From a virus (taxonomy: Duplodnaviria; Caudoviricetes), in the IMG/VR virus record IMGVR_UViG_3300042465_001705, positions 1-35,611 of that record: DNA of 35,611 bases. One strand, written 5' to 3'. The notes under the pieces were generated by a model that saw only the letters and a list, made by a program, of their open reading frames with translations, was not told the DNA's origin and did not search any database. A program made the position numbers and the translations under genes. Shown one piece after another: positions 17,163 to 25,178 of this stretch. Position 1 is the stretch's first letter, and each line of letters opens with the position of its first letter.

Positions 17163-17309
17163 ATGGACAGACTAGAGAGACTCAAGCGCATCGCTCGTAT
17201 AAACGCCTCCATGCCCTCAGAAGTAGATGGCGCTCCAGATGACCAAGAAATTGCTATCCTTGATGAATTGGTGAGAATGAAATTAACTCCAGTAGAGGAA
17301 ACTAAATAA
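17163..17309 (+). CDS. small protein (48 aa), candidate GNAT antitoxin
   Basis: ATG 1 nt after the upstream stop; MDRLERLKRIARINASMPSEVDGAPDDQEIAILDELVRMKLTPVEETK. Confidence 0.6.
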   Translation: MDRLERLKRIARINASMPSEVDGAPDDQEIAILDELVRMKLTPVEETK

Positions 17310-17340
17310 CGGTTGTAATTCAATCCGCTACTATGTATAC

Positions 17341-19566
17341 ATGGCGGATATTGCACCAAAACTCGTAGAACTAAGCGCGGATAAACTACGCGCCCTACAC
17401 GAACGCCTTCACAAATCTGAAGCCTCTCCAGAGGTCTTAGAAGTCCATCACCTAGCAGTCAATGAGATGTTGCGCCGTGGCTTAGAAGCCCCAGCCAATG
17501 ATGCGTGGGATGAGTTCGAAATCCTTGTAGACACAATGAAGAACGCCAATCTTGAAGCCCTATCTGGCTCGCTTCCACCCGAGATGGTTGAAGATGTTAT
17601 TAAAACAACGGGTTCCTCAGTTGCCAATGTTCAACTTTTCTTAACTACTACTGGGTATGAAATGCGCCTTGAAGAAGTTGAAAATGTAAACAAAATGATT
17701 CGCCGTGAAAACGGAAAATGGACAGTTTACGATGAGAAAGGCAAGCGACCTTTTGGCACATACGATACTAAGGCTGAGGCTGAGAAGCGCCTAGCGCAAA
17801 TGCACCAGTTCAAAAAGGCAGAAACATTTACACCGCCAAAGGCAGTTCGAAGCGCCGCTCGCAGAGCGCTTGAATGGATTGCTGACGGTAAGGCAGGAAG
17901 TGGCTTTACGGGAGTTGGTCGCGCTCGCGCTAACCAATTGGCTTCAGGCGAGCAAGTAACAATGGCAACACTCAAGCGCATGAAGTCTTTCTTCTCGCGC
18001 CACGAAGTTGATAAAGATGCAGTCGGATTTAGCCAAGGAGAAAAGGGCTATCCAAGTGCAGGTCGAGTTGCTTGGGATGCTTGGGGCGGAGACGCAGGAT
18101 TCGCTTGGGCTGAATCGCTAGTGGCTGAAAACGACAAGAAAATTGAAAAGCACAATCAGGGTAAGCACGACCAAAAAACTCACGGCTCTTGGGCAGATGG
18201 CATTGCTCAAACAATCTTGGATGGCGGTCACCCAACAGTTGAAAAGGAAAATGTTTCTGCCTTCTTGATGAAAGCGGCAAAGCGAACAGACCATCCAGAC
18301 CTTACTGAGTTGAGCATTGAAGGAACATTGCTTTATGGCGATGAGGGAATGGGAATTGCCCGTAAAGATATGCCTCAGATTCCTGGAAAAGAACGCGCTC
18401 GCTTCTTATCTGAGATTGAAAGTGAACAAGGAATCACGGCAGAAAAAGAGAAGGTAGACCCACTTACTCTCAAGCCTATTCAGAAAGAAATCTCAGCATC
18501 TCGCTCTGGTGCTATCTATGAGAAGTTCCGTGAAGATGGAAAGATTCCAAAGGATGAGCGCATCTTGATTTCTAGCGATGGCTTTGTTGTTGATGGTCAC
18601 CACACATGGGGCGCGGCTGTTGCATTTGCTTTCGATAATCCTGGAACTGAGTTGCCCGTCTATCGCTTATCAGTAACAGCAAAAGAAGCAATGGATGTCT
18701 CGCTCACATGGTCAAAGGCGAATGGATTTGAAAGTCAGGCTATTGATGCTCCAGCAAAGAAATCTCTTGCTTGGCAAACAATTTCAAAACATCAAGAGCA
18801 TGACCAAGCAAGCCATGGTTCATGGGCTAATGGCGGAGATAGTGCAATTCCAGCACTAGCACCAGATGTAGAACCTAACGCAAAATGGTCAGCAGATGCG
18901 GTTGCCAAGGCAAGGGCTATTCGAGAAAAGGCGCTTGCAGTTGAGCCAAAAGTTACAGAGTTGATGAAAACTATTCAAGAAAACTCTGGTGGTGAATTTG
19001 TCCAGTTAGACCAAAGAGTTAAATCAACAGATTCCCTAGCAAGCAAGATTGATAGAGAAGCCGTCTCAGAGTTCGATGGTGATAGGTCAAGAGCGGCTGA
19101 TGCTGTTTCTGATGCAGTTCGCTATACCCTCAAGGTAGGCGATGAGAGTTATGCTCAATCCCTTGATTCAACGGTTAAGGCTCTTGAGGCATCGGGCTTT
19201 GCATTACGAGTTAAGAATTTCTGGCAGTCTGGTGACCCTTACGATGGAGTCAATATCAAGGCTACAAAAGACGGAATTACAGTTGAAGTCCAGTTGCATA
19301 CACGCAGTTCCTTTGCCCACAAAGAAGGAGAGGGTGGAACCCATAAAATTTACAAGCAATATCAGGTTGAGTTGAATGACCCTACCCGTGAATCTATGTG
19401 GAATCAGATGATTGATATTGCTAAGGGTGTTACTCGCCCAGCAAACTACGGAGCAATTTTGGCTACTGGAACCCTTGTTCTGCAACAGTTCCAGACCGCT
19501 CAAGAGGCTGGCTTGATTAAATCAACCCCAGTTGATATTCTATCCCTTAAGAGAGGAGGGGAGTAA
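17341..19566 (+). CDS. multi-module polyprotein: N-terminal head-associated domains; tag + ParB/Srx-like domain; tag + RelA/SpoT-like synthetase
   Basis: WDAWGGDAG domain; tag 18148 then LKPIQKEI..ILISSDGFVVDGHHTW; tag 18787 then RVKS, DAVRY, YDGVN, EVQLHT; leaderless-type start (TACTAT 17329-17334). Confidence 0.75.
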   Translation: MADIAPKLVELSADKLRALHERLHKSEASPEVLEVHHLAVNEMLRRGLEAPANDAWDEFEILVDTMKNANLEALSGSLPPEMVEDVIKTTGSSVANVQLFLTTTGYEMRLEEVENVNKMIRRENGKWTVYDEKGKRPFGTYDTKAEAEKRLAQMHQFKKAETFTPPKAVRSAARRALEWIADGKAGSGFTGVGRARANQLASGEQVTMATLKRMKSFFSRHEVDKDAVGFSQGEKGYPSAGRVAWDAWGGDAGFAWAESLVAENDKKIEKHNQGKHDQKTHGSWADGIAQTILDGGHPTVEKENVSAFLMKAAKRTDHPDLTELSIEGTLLYGDEGMGIARKDMPQIPGKERARFLSEIESEQGITAEKEKVDPLTLKPIQKEISASRSGAIYEKFREDGKIPKDERILISSDGFVVDGHHTWGAAVAFAFDNPGTELPVYRLSVTAKEAMDVSLTWSKANGFESQAIDAPAKKSLAWQTISKHQEHDQASHGSWANGGDSAIPALAPDVEPNAKWSADAVAKARAIREKALAVEPKVTELMKTIQENSGGEFVQLDQRVKSTDSLASKIDREAVSEFDGDRSRAADAVSDAVRYTLKVGDESYAQSLDSTVKALEASGFALRVKNFWQSGDPYDGVNIKATKDGITVEVQLHTRSSFAHKEGEGGTHKIYKQYQVELNDPTRESMWNQMIDIAKGVTRPANYGAILATGTLVLQQFQTAQEAGLIKSTPVDILSLKRGGE

Positions 19567-20267
19567 TGAGATATTTCGTAAAAATGAGTAGAGGCTTACC
19601 CTATAACCTTTATCGCTTCAATATCGTAGATGAGGAACGCTGGTATCCAACGCAGGGTTGGACACCCACCAGAGTCATTTCAGCCTATCTAGTTATGGGC
19701 GAAGGCGACTATGAAGAGATTACTGAAGCCCTTGCCATGAGTTCATTTCCAGATGCCTTCGCAGTTGTAAAGAGCATTGGAGCCTATGAAGTTTCAAAGG
19801 CTGAAGATGCTAAGCGTTACACACTAGGCGCTATGTATATCCCAGACCGTATTGATGCCCATGGTGAATGGACAGATGCAGATGAGTTGCAAAGAGCAGT
19901 TTGGGATTATGTAAAAACAAATGACCGCCGTATCCGTCTGCAACATAACCGCGATGTAGTCGCAGGTGAATGGGTAGAAGTTATGGCGTTCCCATACGAA
20001 CTAACAGTTCCAATTAAGACTATTACTGGAATTGATGTAAACCATACCTACCCACCAAACACAGTATTTCTCGGTGTTATCTGGGAGCCTTGGGCTTGGG
20101 ATTTAGTTAAGACTGGAAAGATTCTTGGCTATTCAATCGGCGGTAAAGCAGAACGCCTTTATGTTGATATGGAAGAAGTTGAAAAAGAAGATGGTCCAGG
20201 AGTGTCCGATGTCCATGTTGATACAATTATGAACCCGAAGAAAAAGAAGCCAAAGGAAACCAAATGA
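19566..20267 (+). CDS. XkdF-like putative prohead serine protease with ~70-aa N-terminal extension
   Basis: KRYTLGAMYIPDRIDAHGEW..A.EL..A.W.Y, LQH, W..VK.G.I.GYSIGG; position upstream of scaffold and capsid. Confidence 0.8.
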   Translation: MRYFVKMSRGLPYNLYRFNIVDEERWYPTQGWTPTRVISAYLVMGEGDYEEITEALAMSSFPDAFAVVKSIGAYEVSKAEDAKRYTLGAMYIPDRIDAHGEWTDADELQRAVWDYVKTNDRRIRLQHNRDVVAGEWVEVMAFPYELTVPIKTITGIDVNHTYPPNTVFLGVIWEPWAWDLVKTGKILGYSIGGKAERLYVDMEEVEKEDGPGVSDVHVDTIMNPKKKKPKETK

Positions 20268-20925
20268 AAGACAAAAAGATTCTCAAAGAACTTCGTCAGG
20301 GTCCTATGAAAAATATAAAGGATGACGAATACGCCATGATTGAGGAACAAGTCAATCAAAAGGGAATCTCAGGTCTAAAGGGTTACGCTAAATCCATAGT
20401 TGAAAAGGCTATGCGAGACATGGCTTACGACATGAAAAAGGCTGTTTCTGTATCAATGGGTGACATGGTTTCTTGGAATTCATCAGGCGGCAGAGCAACA
20501 GGCAAGGTTGTGCGTATTGTGCGCGGGGGCAAAATCAATGTTCCTGATTCAAGTTTCTCAATTGAAGGAACCGAAGATGACCCAGCCGCTTTGATTCAGT
20601 TGTATCGTGATGGAAAGCCAACTGAGACAAAAGTTGGTCACAAGGTTTCAACGCTAAAAAAAAACTAGAAGTATCTAAGCACGGTAGCCACGACCAGAGT
20701 TCACACGGAGCATGGGCTAATGGCAAATATAACCCAGATGATTCAGAGGGTGAAGATGCCTCAGAGCCAAAGAATTACGGAAAACCGACTCCAAAACTTC
20801 ACAGTCATAACGATGATTCAGAAGAAGAATACGAAGAATTAGATGCAGACGACCCAAGATGGATGGATGATATGGATATTATGCGACCATCCCGAATCAC
20901 TCCAAGCCAGAGGTATCCAAAGTAA
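20264..20925 (+). CDS. protein with DUF2945/Hva1 Tudor-like domain (20264..20668), extended by a probable -1 frameshift into a tag + acidic tail ending at 20925
   Basis: GDMVSWNSSGG.ATG.V...EDDPA...VGHK.STL; A AAA AAC then TAG at 20659-20668; -1 frame reads LEVSKHGSHDQSSHGAWANG... to TAA 20923-20925. Confidence 0.65.
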
Positions 20926-21192
20926 ATGAGCATCATTGACACCACCATTGGAATCTTAAAAACCATGGGTTTAGATGCAATGCCCGTCACGGCTCAAAGA
21001 GGATATGTCGGAGTTACGGCTCAGTTGCCTAATGATGCCCAAGCCTTCTTCGTCTGGAGCAAAATGAATGAGGATGATTTCCACTTCCAGATAGCCCGAT
21101 TCTGGCAAAGCGATAACCCCTTTTCAATAATGGCTTTCGATAATCTGCCAAGCGCCATCGAAAATACGAGGATTCTTATTACCTCCAATTAG
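20926..21192 (+). CDS. hypothetical protein
   Basis: 88 aa; ATG abuts the stop of the -1 frame extension (TAAATG). Confidence 0.7.
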   Translation: MSIIDTTIGILKTMGLDAMPVTAQRGYVGVTAQLPNDAQAFFVWSKMNEDDFHFQIARFWQSDNPFSIMAFDNLPSAIENTRILITSN

Positions 21193-21287
21193 GTCAAATT
21201 ACACTTATGTTATTCTTATGCTTGTCAAGACCCGTGTTTATCCCTCAATCCATATTGAGCAAGATAAGCACTTTTCGTTAGGAGTGA

Positions 21288-22067
21288 ATGTTGGCTCGAA
21301 CCCGCAAAATGGCAAATTTAGTCATTGAGGAAACATCTGGAGTAGACCATCCTGCACACTTACATGAGGGTTGGCTGGTTATGAAATCAGCCGATGAATC
21401 TGAAGTTCAGAGAGTCTTAGACGAAACGCTCACCGAGGAGGACTCCAATATGGAGGAAACAACAACCGCGGCTACTGATGCACAGGTCGAAAAGGCTGAA
21501 ATGACACTTGAAGATGCGATGAAAAAAATCGCTGAACTCGAAGCCAAACTTTCTGAAAAGGAAATGGCTAAAGAGGAAGATAAGTCAGAATCAGATAAGA
21601 CCGAGGATGAAATGGAATACATGAAGTCCGCTCCTGAGTCAGTCGTCAAAATGATTGAAGATTTCAAAAAGCAAGCAGAAACCGCAACTGAAGAACTCCG
21701 CAAGGAGCGCGAAGCCAAGGCTGATGCAGACGCTATCGAAAAGGCAAAGGGATTCTCAAACTTGAATCTTGATGCAGAGAAAGTCGGACCAGCGCTACGC
21801 CGTTTGTCCACAGTTGATGCAGACCTAGCAAAGTCAGTAGAGGAAATCCTCACATCTGTAAATGCTCAGGCTGAATCAGCAAATATTTTTGCTGAAATCG
21901 GGAAATCAGCAGACTTCACTTCAGGCGATGCTTACAGTCGTATGACTGCTATGGCAAAGTCGGCAGTTGAGGAAGGAAGTGCAAAATCTTTCGAACAAGC
22001 GTTCGCTAATGTTGCATCTTCCAATCCTGAACTATATGTCCAATACCGTAATGAAAAGGGTGCATAA
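21288..22067 (+). CDS. capsid scaffolding/assembly protein
   Basis: N-terminal EETSGVDHPAH..W.VMKS, then acidic coiled coil with repeated hydrophobic-x-K-(A/S) sites; upstream of decoration and capsid genes; AGGAG RBS. Confidence 0.75.
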   Translation: MLARTRKMANLVIEETSGVDHPAHLHEGWLVMKSADESEVQRVLDETLTEEDSNMEETTTAATDAQVEKAEMTLEDAMKKIAELEAKLSEKEMAKEEDKSESDKTEDEMEYMKSAPESVVKMIEDFKKQAETATEELRKEREAKADADAIEKAKGFSNLNLDAEKVGPALRRLSTVDADLAKSVEEILTSVNAQAESANIFAEIGKSADFTSGDAYSRMTAMAKSAVEEGSAKSFEQAFANVASSNPELYVQYRNEKGA

Positions 22068-22069
22068 AC

Positions 22070-22462
22070 ATGGCATACGAAATCAGTAATTACTCGGTAA
22101 AGGTCACCCTCGTTGCAGGTGCCGACCTTTCCGCTAAGCAGTATAACTTCGTCAAGTTGAATTCATCAGGTCAGGCAATCGCTATTGCCGCAATCACAGA
22201 TGTTCCAGTTGGCGTTCTACAAAATGCTCCAACATCAGGTCAAGAAGCCGAAGTTCTTGTTTCAGGCGGAACTAAACTTGTTGCTGGCGAAGCAATCACT
22301 CTTCCAGCGTTCTTGAGCGTTACCTCAGCAGGTAAGGCAGACAAGATTGCTGTTACAGATACAACTCAATATGTTGTTGGTCAAGCATTAACCGCCGCTG
22401 GCGCTGATGCTGATGTTATTACAGCAGTCGTAAACTGCGCTAACCCAACAAGAGCGAACTAA
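22070..22462 (+). CDS. capsid decoration/cement protein (DUF2190-like)
   Basis: 130 aa, Ala/Gly/Val-rich beta protein (AGADLS..QY.FVKL, GVLQNAP..G..A.V...G, G.AL.AA); between scaffold and capsid. Confidence 0.75.
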   Translation: MAYEISNYSVKVTLVAGADLSAKQYNFVKLNSSGQAIAIAAITDVPVGVLQNAPTSGQEAEVLVSGGTKLVAGEAITLPAFLSVTSAGKADKIAVTDTTQYVVGQALTAAGADADVITAVVNCANPTRAN

Positions 22463-22476
22463 GGGGATAACTAAAA

Positions 22477-23454
22477 ATGCCACAACCACATATCAATAGC
22501 GTTCACATTGACGCAATTCTTACAAACATCTCGGTTGCTTATTTACAGAACCAAGACAACTTTATTGCTGACAAGGTATTCCCAGTAATTCCTGTGGATA
22601 AGAAGTCAGACAAGTATTTCACTTACACCAAGAACGATTGGTTCCGTGACGAGGCTCAACGCCGCGCACCAGGAACCGAATCTGCTGGTGGCGGTTACAA
22701 TCTTTCAACTGGAACATACTCAGCAGATGTCTGGGCGTTCCACAAAGATGTAGATGACCAAACACTTGCTAACGCAGACACACCAATCAACCCACTCCGC
22801 GAAGCCGCAGAGTTCGTAACACGCCGTCTAATGCTTCGCCGTGAACTTCAGTTCGTAACTGACTTCTTCACAACAGGCGTATGGGCAGACGATGTAACTG
22901 GTGTTGCTGGCGCTCCATCATCAGGTGAGACAAAGCAATGGTCAGATTACGCATCATCAGACCCAATTGCTGACATCGAAACAGCAAAGGCAGAAATTCT
23001 TGGAAACACAGGAATGGAAGCAAACACACTCGTTCTCGGATACGATGTATTCAAGTCACTAAAGAACCACCCAGACTTGGTAGACCGTATTAAATACACA
23101 TCTTCACAGACAATCACAACAGATATGCTTGGCGCGATGTTTGACATCCCACGCGTAATGGTTGCAAAGGCTGTAAAGGCTACTAACAACGAAGGTGCAT
23201 CTGAGGCTTACGGCTTTGCTTTTGGCAAGGGCGCACTCCTTACACATGTTGCTCCAAATCCAGGACTTCTTACACCTTCAGCGGGTTACACATTCGCTTG
23301 GACAGGTGTTTCAGGTGGTCTCGGACAGACAATCGGAACTTCACAGTTCCGTATGGAGTCAATCAAGTCAGACCGTATTGAAGCGGAAATGGCGTTTGAT
23401 AACAAGGTAATCGGAGCAGACCTCGGTTACTTCTGGAACACAATCGTTGCTTAA
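22477..23454 (+). CDS. major capsid protein
   Basis: 325 aa; DAILTNISVAY.Q....FIAD.VFP..PV.K, WSDY..SDPI.DI, final G....N.VA; strong codon bias; followed by a terminator. Confidence 0.9.
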   Translation: MPQPHINSVHIDAILTNISVAYLQNQDNFIADKVFPVIPVDKKSDKYFTYTKNDWFRDEAQRRAPGTESAGGGYNLSTGTYSADVWAFHKDVDDQTLANADTPINPLREAAEFVTRRLMLRRELQFVTDFFTTGVWADDVTGVAGAPSSGETKQWSDYASSDPIADIETAKAEILGNTGMEANTLVLGYDVFKSLKNHPDLVDRIKYTSSQTITTDMLGAMFDIPRVMVAKAVKATNNEGASEAYGFAFGKGALLTHVAPNPGLLTPSAGYTFAWTGVSGGLGQTIGTSQFRMESIKSDRIEAEMAFDNKVIGADLGYFWNTIVA

Positions 23455-23469
23455 TTAAGTTGAGTGAAC

Positions 23470-23504
23470 GGGGAGGGTCTGAAAAGGCTCTCCCCTTCTT
23501 TCTT
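23470..23504 (+). terminator. Rho-independent terminator
   Basis: GGGGAGGGTCT-GAAA-AGGCTCTCCCC followed by TTCTTTCTT. Confidence 0.85.
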
Positions 23505-23534
23505 AAGAAATCTAATTTTAGAAAAGGAAAATAA

Positions 23535-23879
23535 ATGCCTCAAGTAAATCGCATTTCTCGCGGTGAAGTTTCAGTTGGTGCTATTCAAGGCTCAACAGGC
23601 GACATGGTGTATGGACTAGATTTTGGAACAGCATCAGTAGACCCTGCTTCAATCGCGGCAACAACTCGCAGTTCAGTTACTTTCACTCTTACAGGTGCTA
23701 AGACAACTGACATCATTATCGTAAACCCACCAGCAGACCTAAACGATGATTTGATTTTCTGTGGAGCGGCTGTCTCAGCGGCAGACACAGTTTCAATTTA
23801 TCTTTACAACCCAACTGCTTCAGCAATCAACGACACAGCCCGCACATTTTCTTATGTGTGGATTGACATGACTGCGTAA
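23535..23879 (+). CDS. putative virion structural protein
   Basis: 114 aa beta-rich ORF right after the capsid gene; AAGG RBS. Confidence 0.65.
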   Translation: MPQVNRISRGEVSVGAIQGSTGDMVYGLDFGTASVDPASIAATTRSSVTFTLTGAKTTDIIIVNPPADLNDDLIFCGAAVSAADTVSIYLYNPTASAINDTARTFSYVWIDMTA

Positions 23880-23880
23880 T

Positions 23881-24102
23881 ATGAAAGCACAAATTCTTAA
23901 AAATATGGTGGTTGATGGTCGCCTATTGCAATCTGGAGACATCATTGATGTCAAAGGGTGGAAACACGCAAAGGCTCTAAATCGAAGCCGCTATATTAAG
24001 ATTCTTGATGAAGTAGTAAAGCCAAAGGTAGAGCCAAAAGCCGAGCCAGAGGTAAAAGCAGTTGAAAAACCAAAGGCGAAGAAGGAAGTCGCCTCCAAGT
24101 AA
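23881..24102 (+). CDS. small hypothetical protein with Lys/Glu/Pro tail
   Basis: 73 aa; coupled to the upstream gene. Confidence 0.7.
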   Translation: MKAQILKNMVVDGRLLQSGDIIDVKGWKHAKALNRSRYIKILDEVVKPKVEPKAEPEVKAVEKPKAKKEVASK

Positions 24103-24105
24103 TTC

Positions 24106-24146
24106 GAGGGGGTGATTCAGTAAAATGAGTCACCCTCTTTTTTTCT
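24106..24146 (+). terminator. Rho-independent terminator
   Basis: GAGGGGGTGATTCA...TGAGTCACCCTC followed by a T run. Confidence 0.85.
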
Positions 24147-24157
24147 AAGGGAGCATC

Positions 24158-24430
24158 ATGGCAATTACACACGAACGCGTATCAATAGGCACAACAGCCA
24201 CACAAATTTCGTCTAACTATGCTGGTAAAGATGGTCAAACAGTTTCAGTTCAGGTTCCAGCGGCGGGCGCTACCGTCTATTTAGGCGGAGAAGGCGTGAC
24301 AACAACATCTTATGGATTTGCTCTTGCTGGCGGAACTGATATGGCAGTTGAAATGCAAGATGGAGAAAAACTTTACGGCGTTGTTGCTTCAAGCACACAG
24401 ACCGTAAATGTGCTTCGTCAAGGCGCATAA
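24158..24430 (+). CDS. putative small virion protein
   Basis: 90 aa beta-rich; GGGAG RBS. Confidence 0.65.
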   Translation: MAITHERVSIGTTATQISSNYAGKDGQTVSVQVPAAGATVYLGGEGVTTTSYGFALAGGTDMAVEMQDGEKLYGVVASSTQTVNVLRQGA

Positions 24431-24433
24431 ATC

Positions 24434-24979
24434 ATGGCACTACCAGCATCCCTTTCAACCGTAACGGTTGCTGGCACCTATGTGGATTTACTAGGCAATC
24501 CAGTTCGAGGCTCAATCACTATTGAACCTCAAACCATGCTTAAGGAAAAGACCCTTAATGTCCACATCATGCCAGTTCACATCGTTAAGACTTTAGATGC
24601 GACTGGCTCTTTTACTACCACTTTGCCAGTAACTAGCGATACAGATGTCTTGCCTCAACCATTTGTTTACACCATAGTTGAAAACTTTACCTCTGGTCGC
24701 ACATTTCAAATTGCTTTACCTATCTCCGTAGCAGGAACCACTCAGAACCTTGCAGACCTGCTTACAGCGCTCTCCGAGGCTGATGCCACCGCTTATGTAT
24801 CCGTAGATGCCTACCAAGGCTTATTGACCCGCTACAACAACGCCAGCAATAGAAGAGAGATTGTTGTCAATGCCTCGACTTACGAAGGCAACGCTTTAGC
24901 CTATGCAACAGAGGCTTCGAATTCAGCAAGCACAGTTGCCAATTTCACAACCAATCAGTTGATGATGATGGGAGTCTAA
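24434..24979 (+). CDS. putative virion appendage protein (paralog of 25178..25855)
   Basis: Shares MAL...L.TVT..G.YVD..G..V.G...GSF...LP.T.D.DV.P.PFVYT..E.F..GRT..I..P with 25178..25855. Confidence 0.7.
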   Translation: MALPASLSTVTVAGTYVDLLGNPVRGSITIEPQTMLKEKTLNVHIMPVHIVKTLDATGSFTTTLPVTSDTDVLPQPFVYTIVENFTSGRTFQIALPISVAGTTQNLADLLTALSEADATAYVSVDAYQGLLTRYNNASNRREIVVNASTYEGNALAYATEASNSASTVANFTTNQLMMMGV

Positions 24980-24980
24980 A

Positions 24981-25178
24981 ATGGCTGAACCGTATGTGCC
25001 GATAGCCGAATACACCGCTTCAAACGCTCTTTTAGTTGAGTTGGAAGTTGCCACCGATGCCGCCGCGACTAACGCAACAGCCCTCTCAGCGGCTACCGCA
25101 AGCGCTCTTACATCAAGAAATACAGCAAATTCTTATGTGGCTGAAAGTTTTGATTTATTCTTTTTGGTGGGTGCCTAA
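24981..25178 (+). CDS. small Ala-rich protein
   Basis: 65 aa, GGAG RBS, ends FFLVGA. Confidence 0.65.
   Translation: MAEPYVPIAEYTASNALLVELEVATDAAATNATALSAATASALTSRNTANSYVAESFDLFFLVGA

Larger units (their letters stand above)
9960..20718 (+). repeat. 11 dispersed in-frame copies of peptide tag KH(x2/x4)HDQx(T/S)HGxWA
   Basis: Copies start at 9960, 10611, 12048, 13091, 13849, 14588, 15179, 15902, 18148, 18787 and 20677; conserved at protein level with synonymous nucleotide variation. Confidence 0.97.

Noticed and set aside
9918-19566. Tag-bounded modules as inteins or introns
   Set aside because: No C/S...HN-C/S/T splice junction pattern or homing endonuclease motifs; the ORFs are continuous.
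9960-20718. Dispersed ~42-48 nt repeats as a CRISPR array or DGR template/variable repeats
   Set aside because: Spacing is 0.6-2.2 kb, the copies are protein-coding with synonymous variation, and no cas or reverse transcriptase gene is visible.
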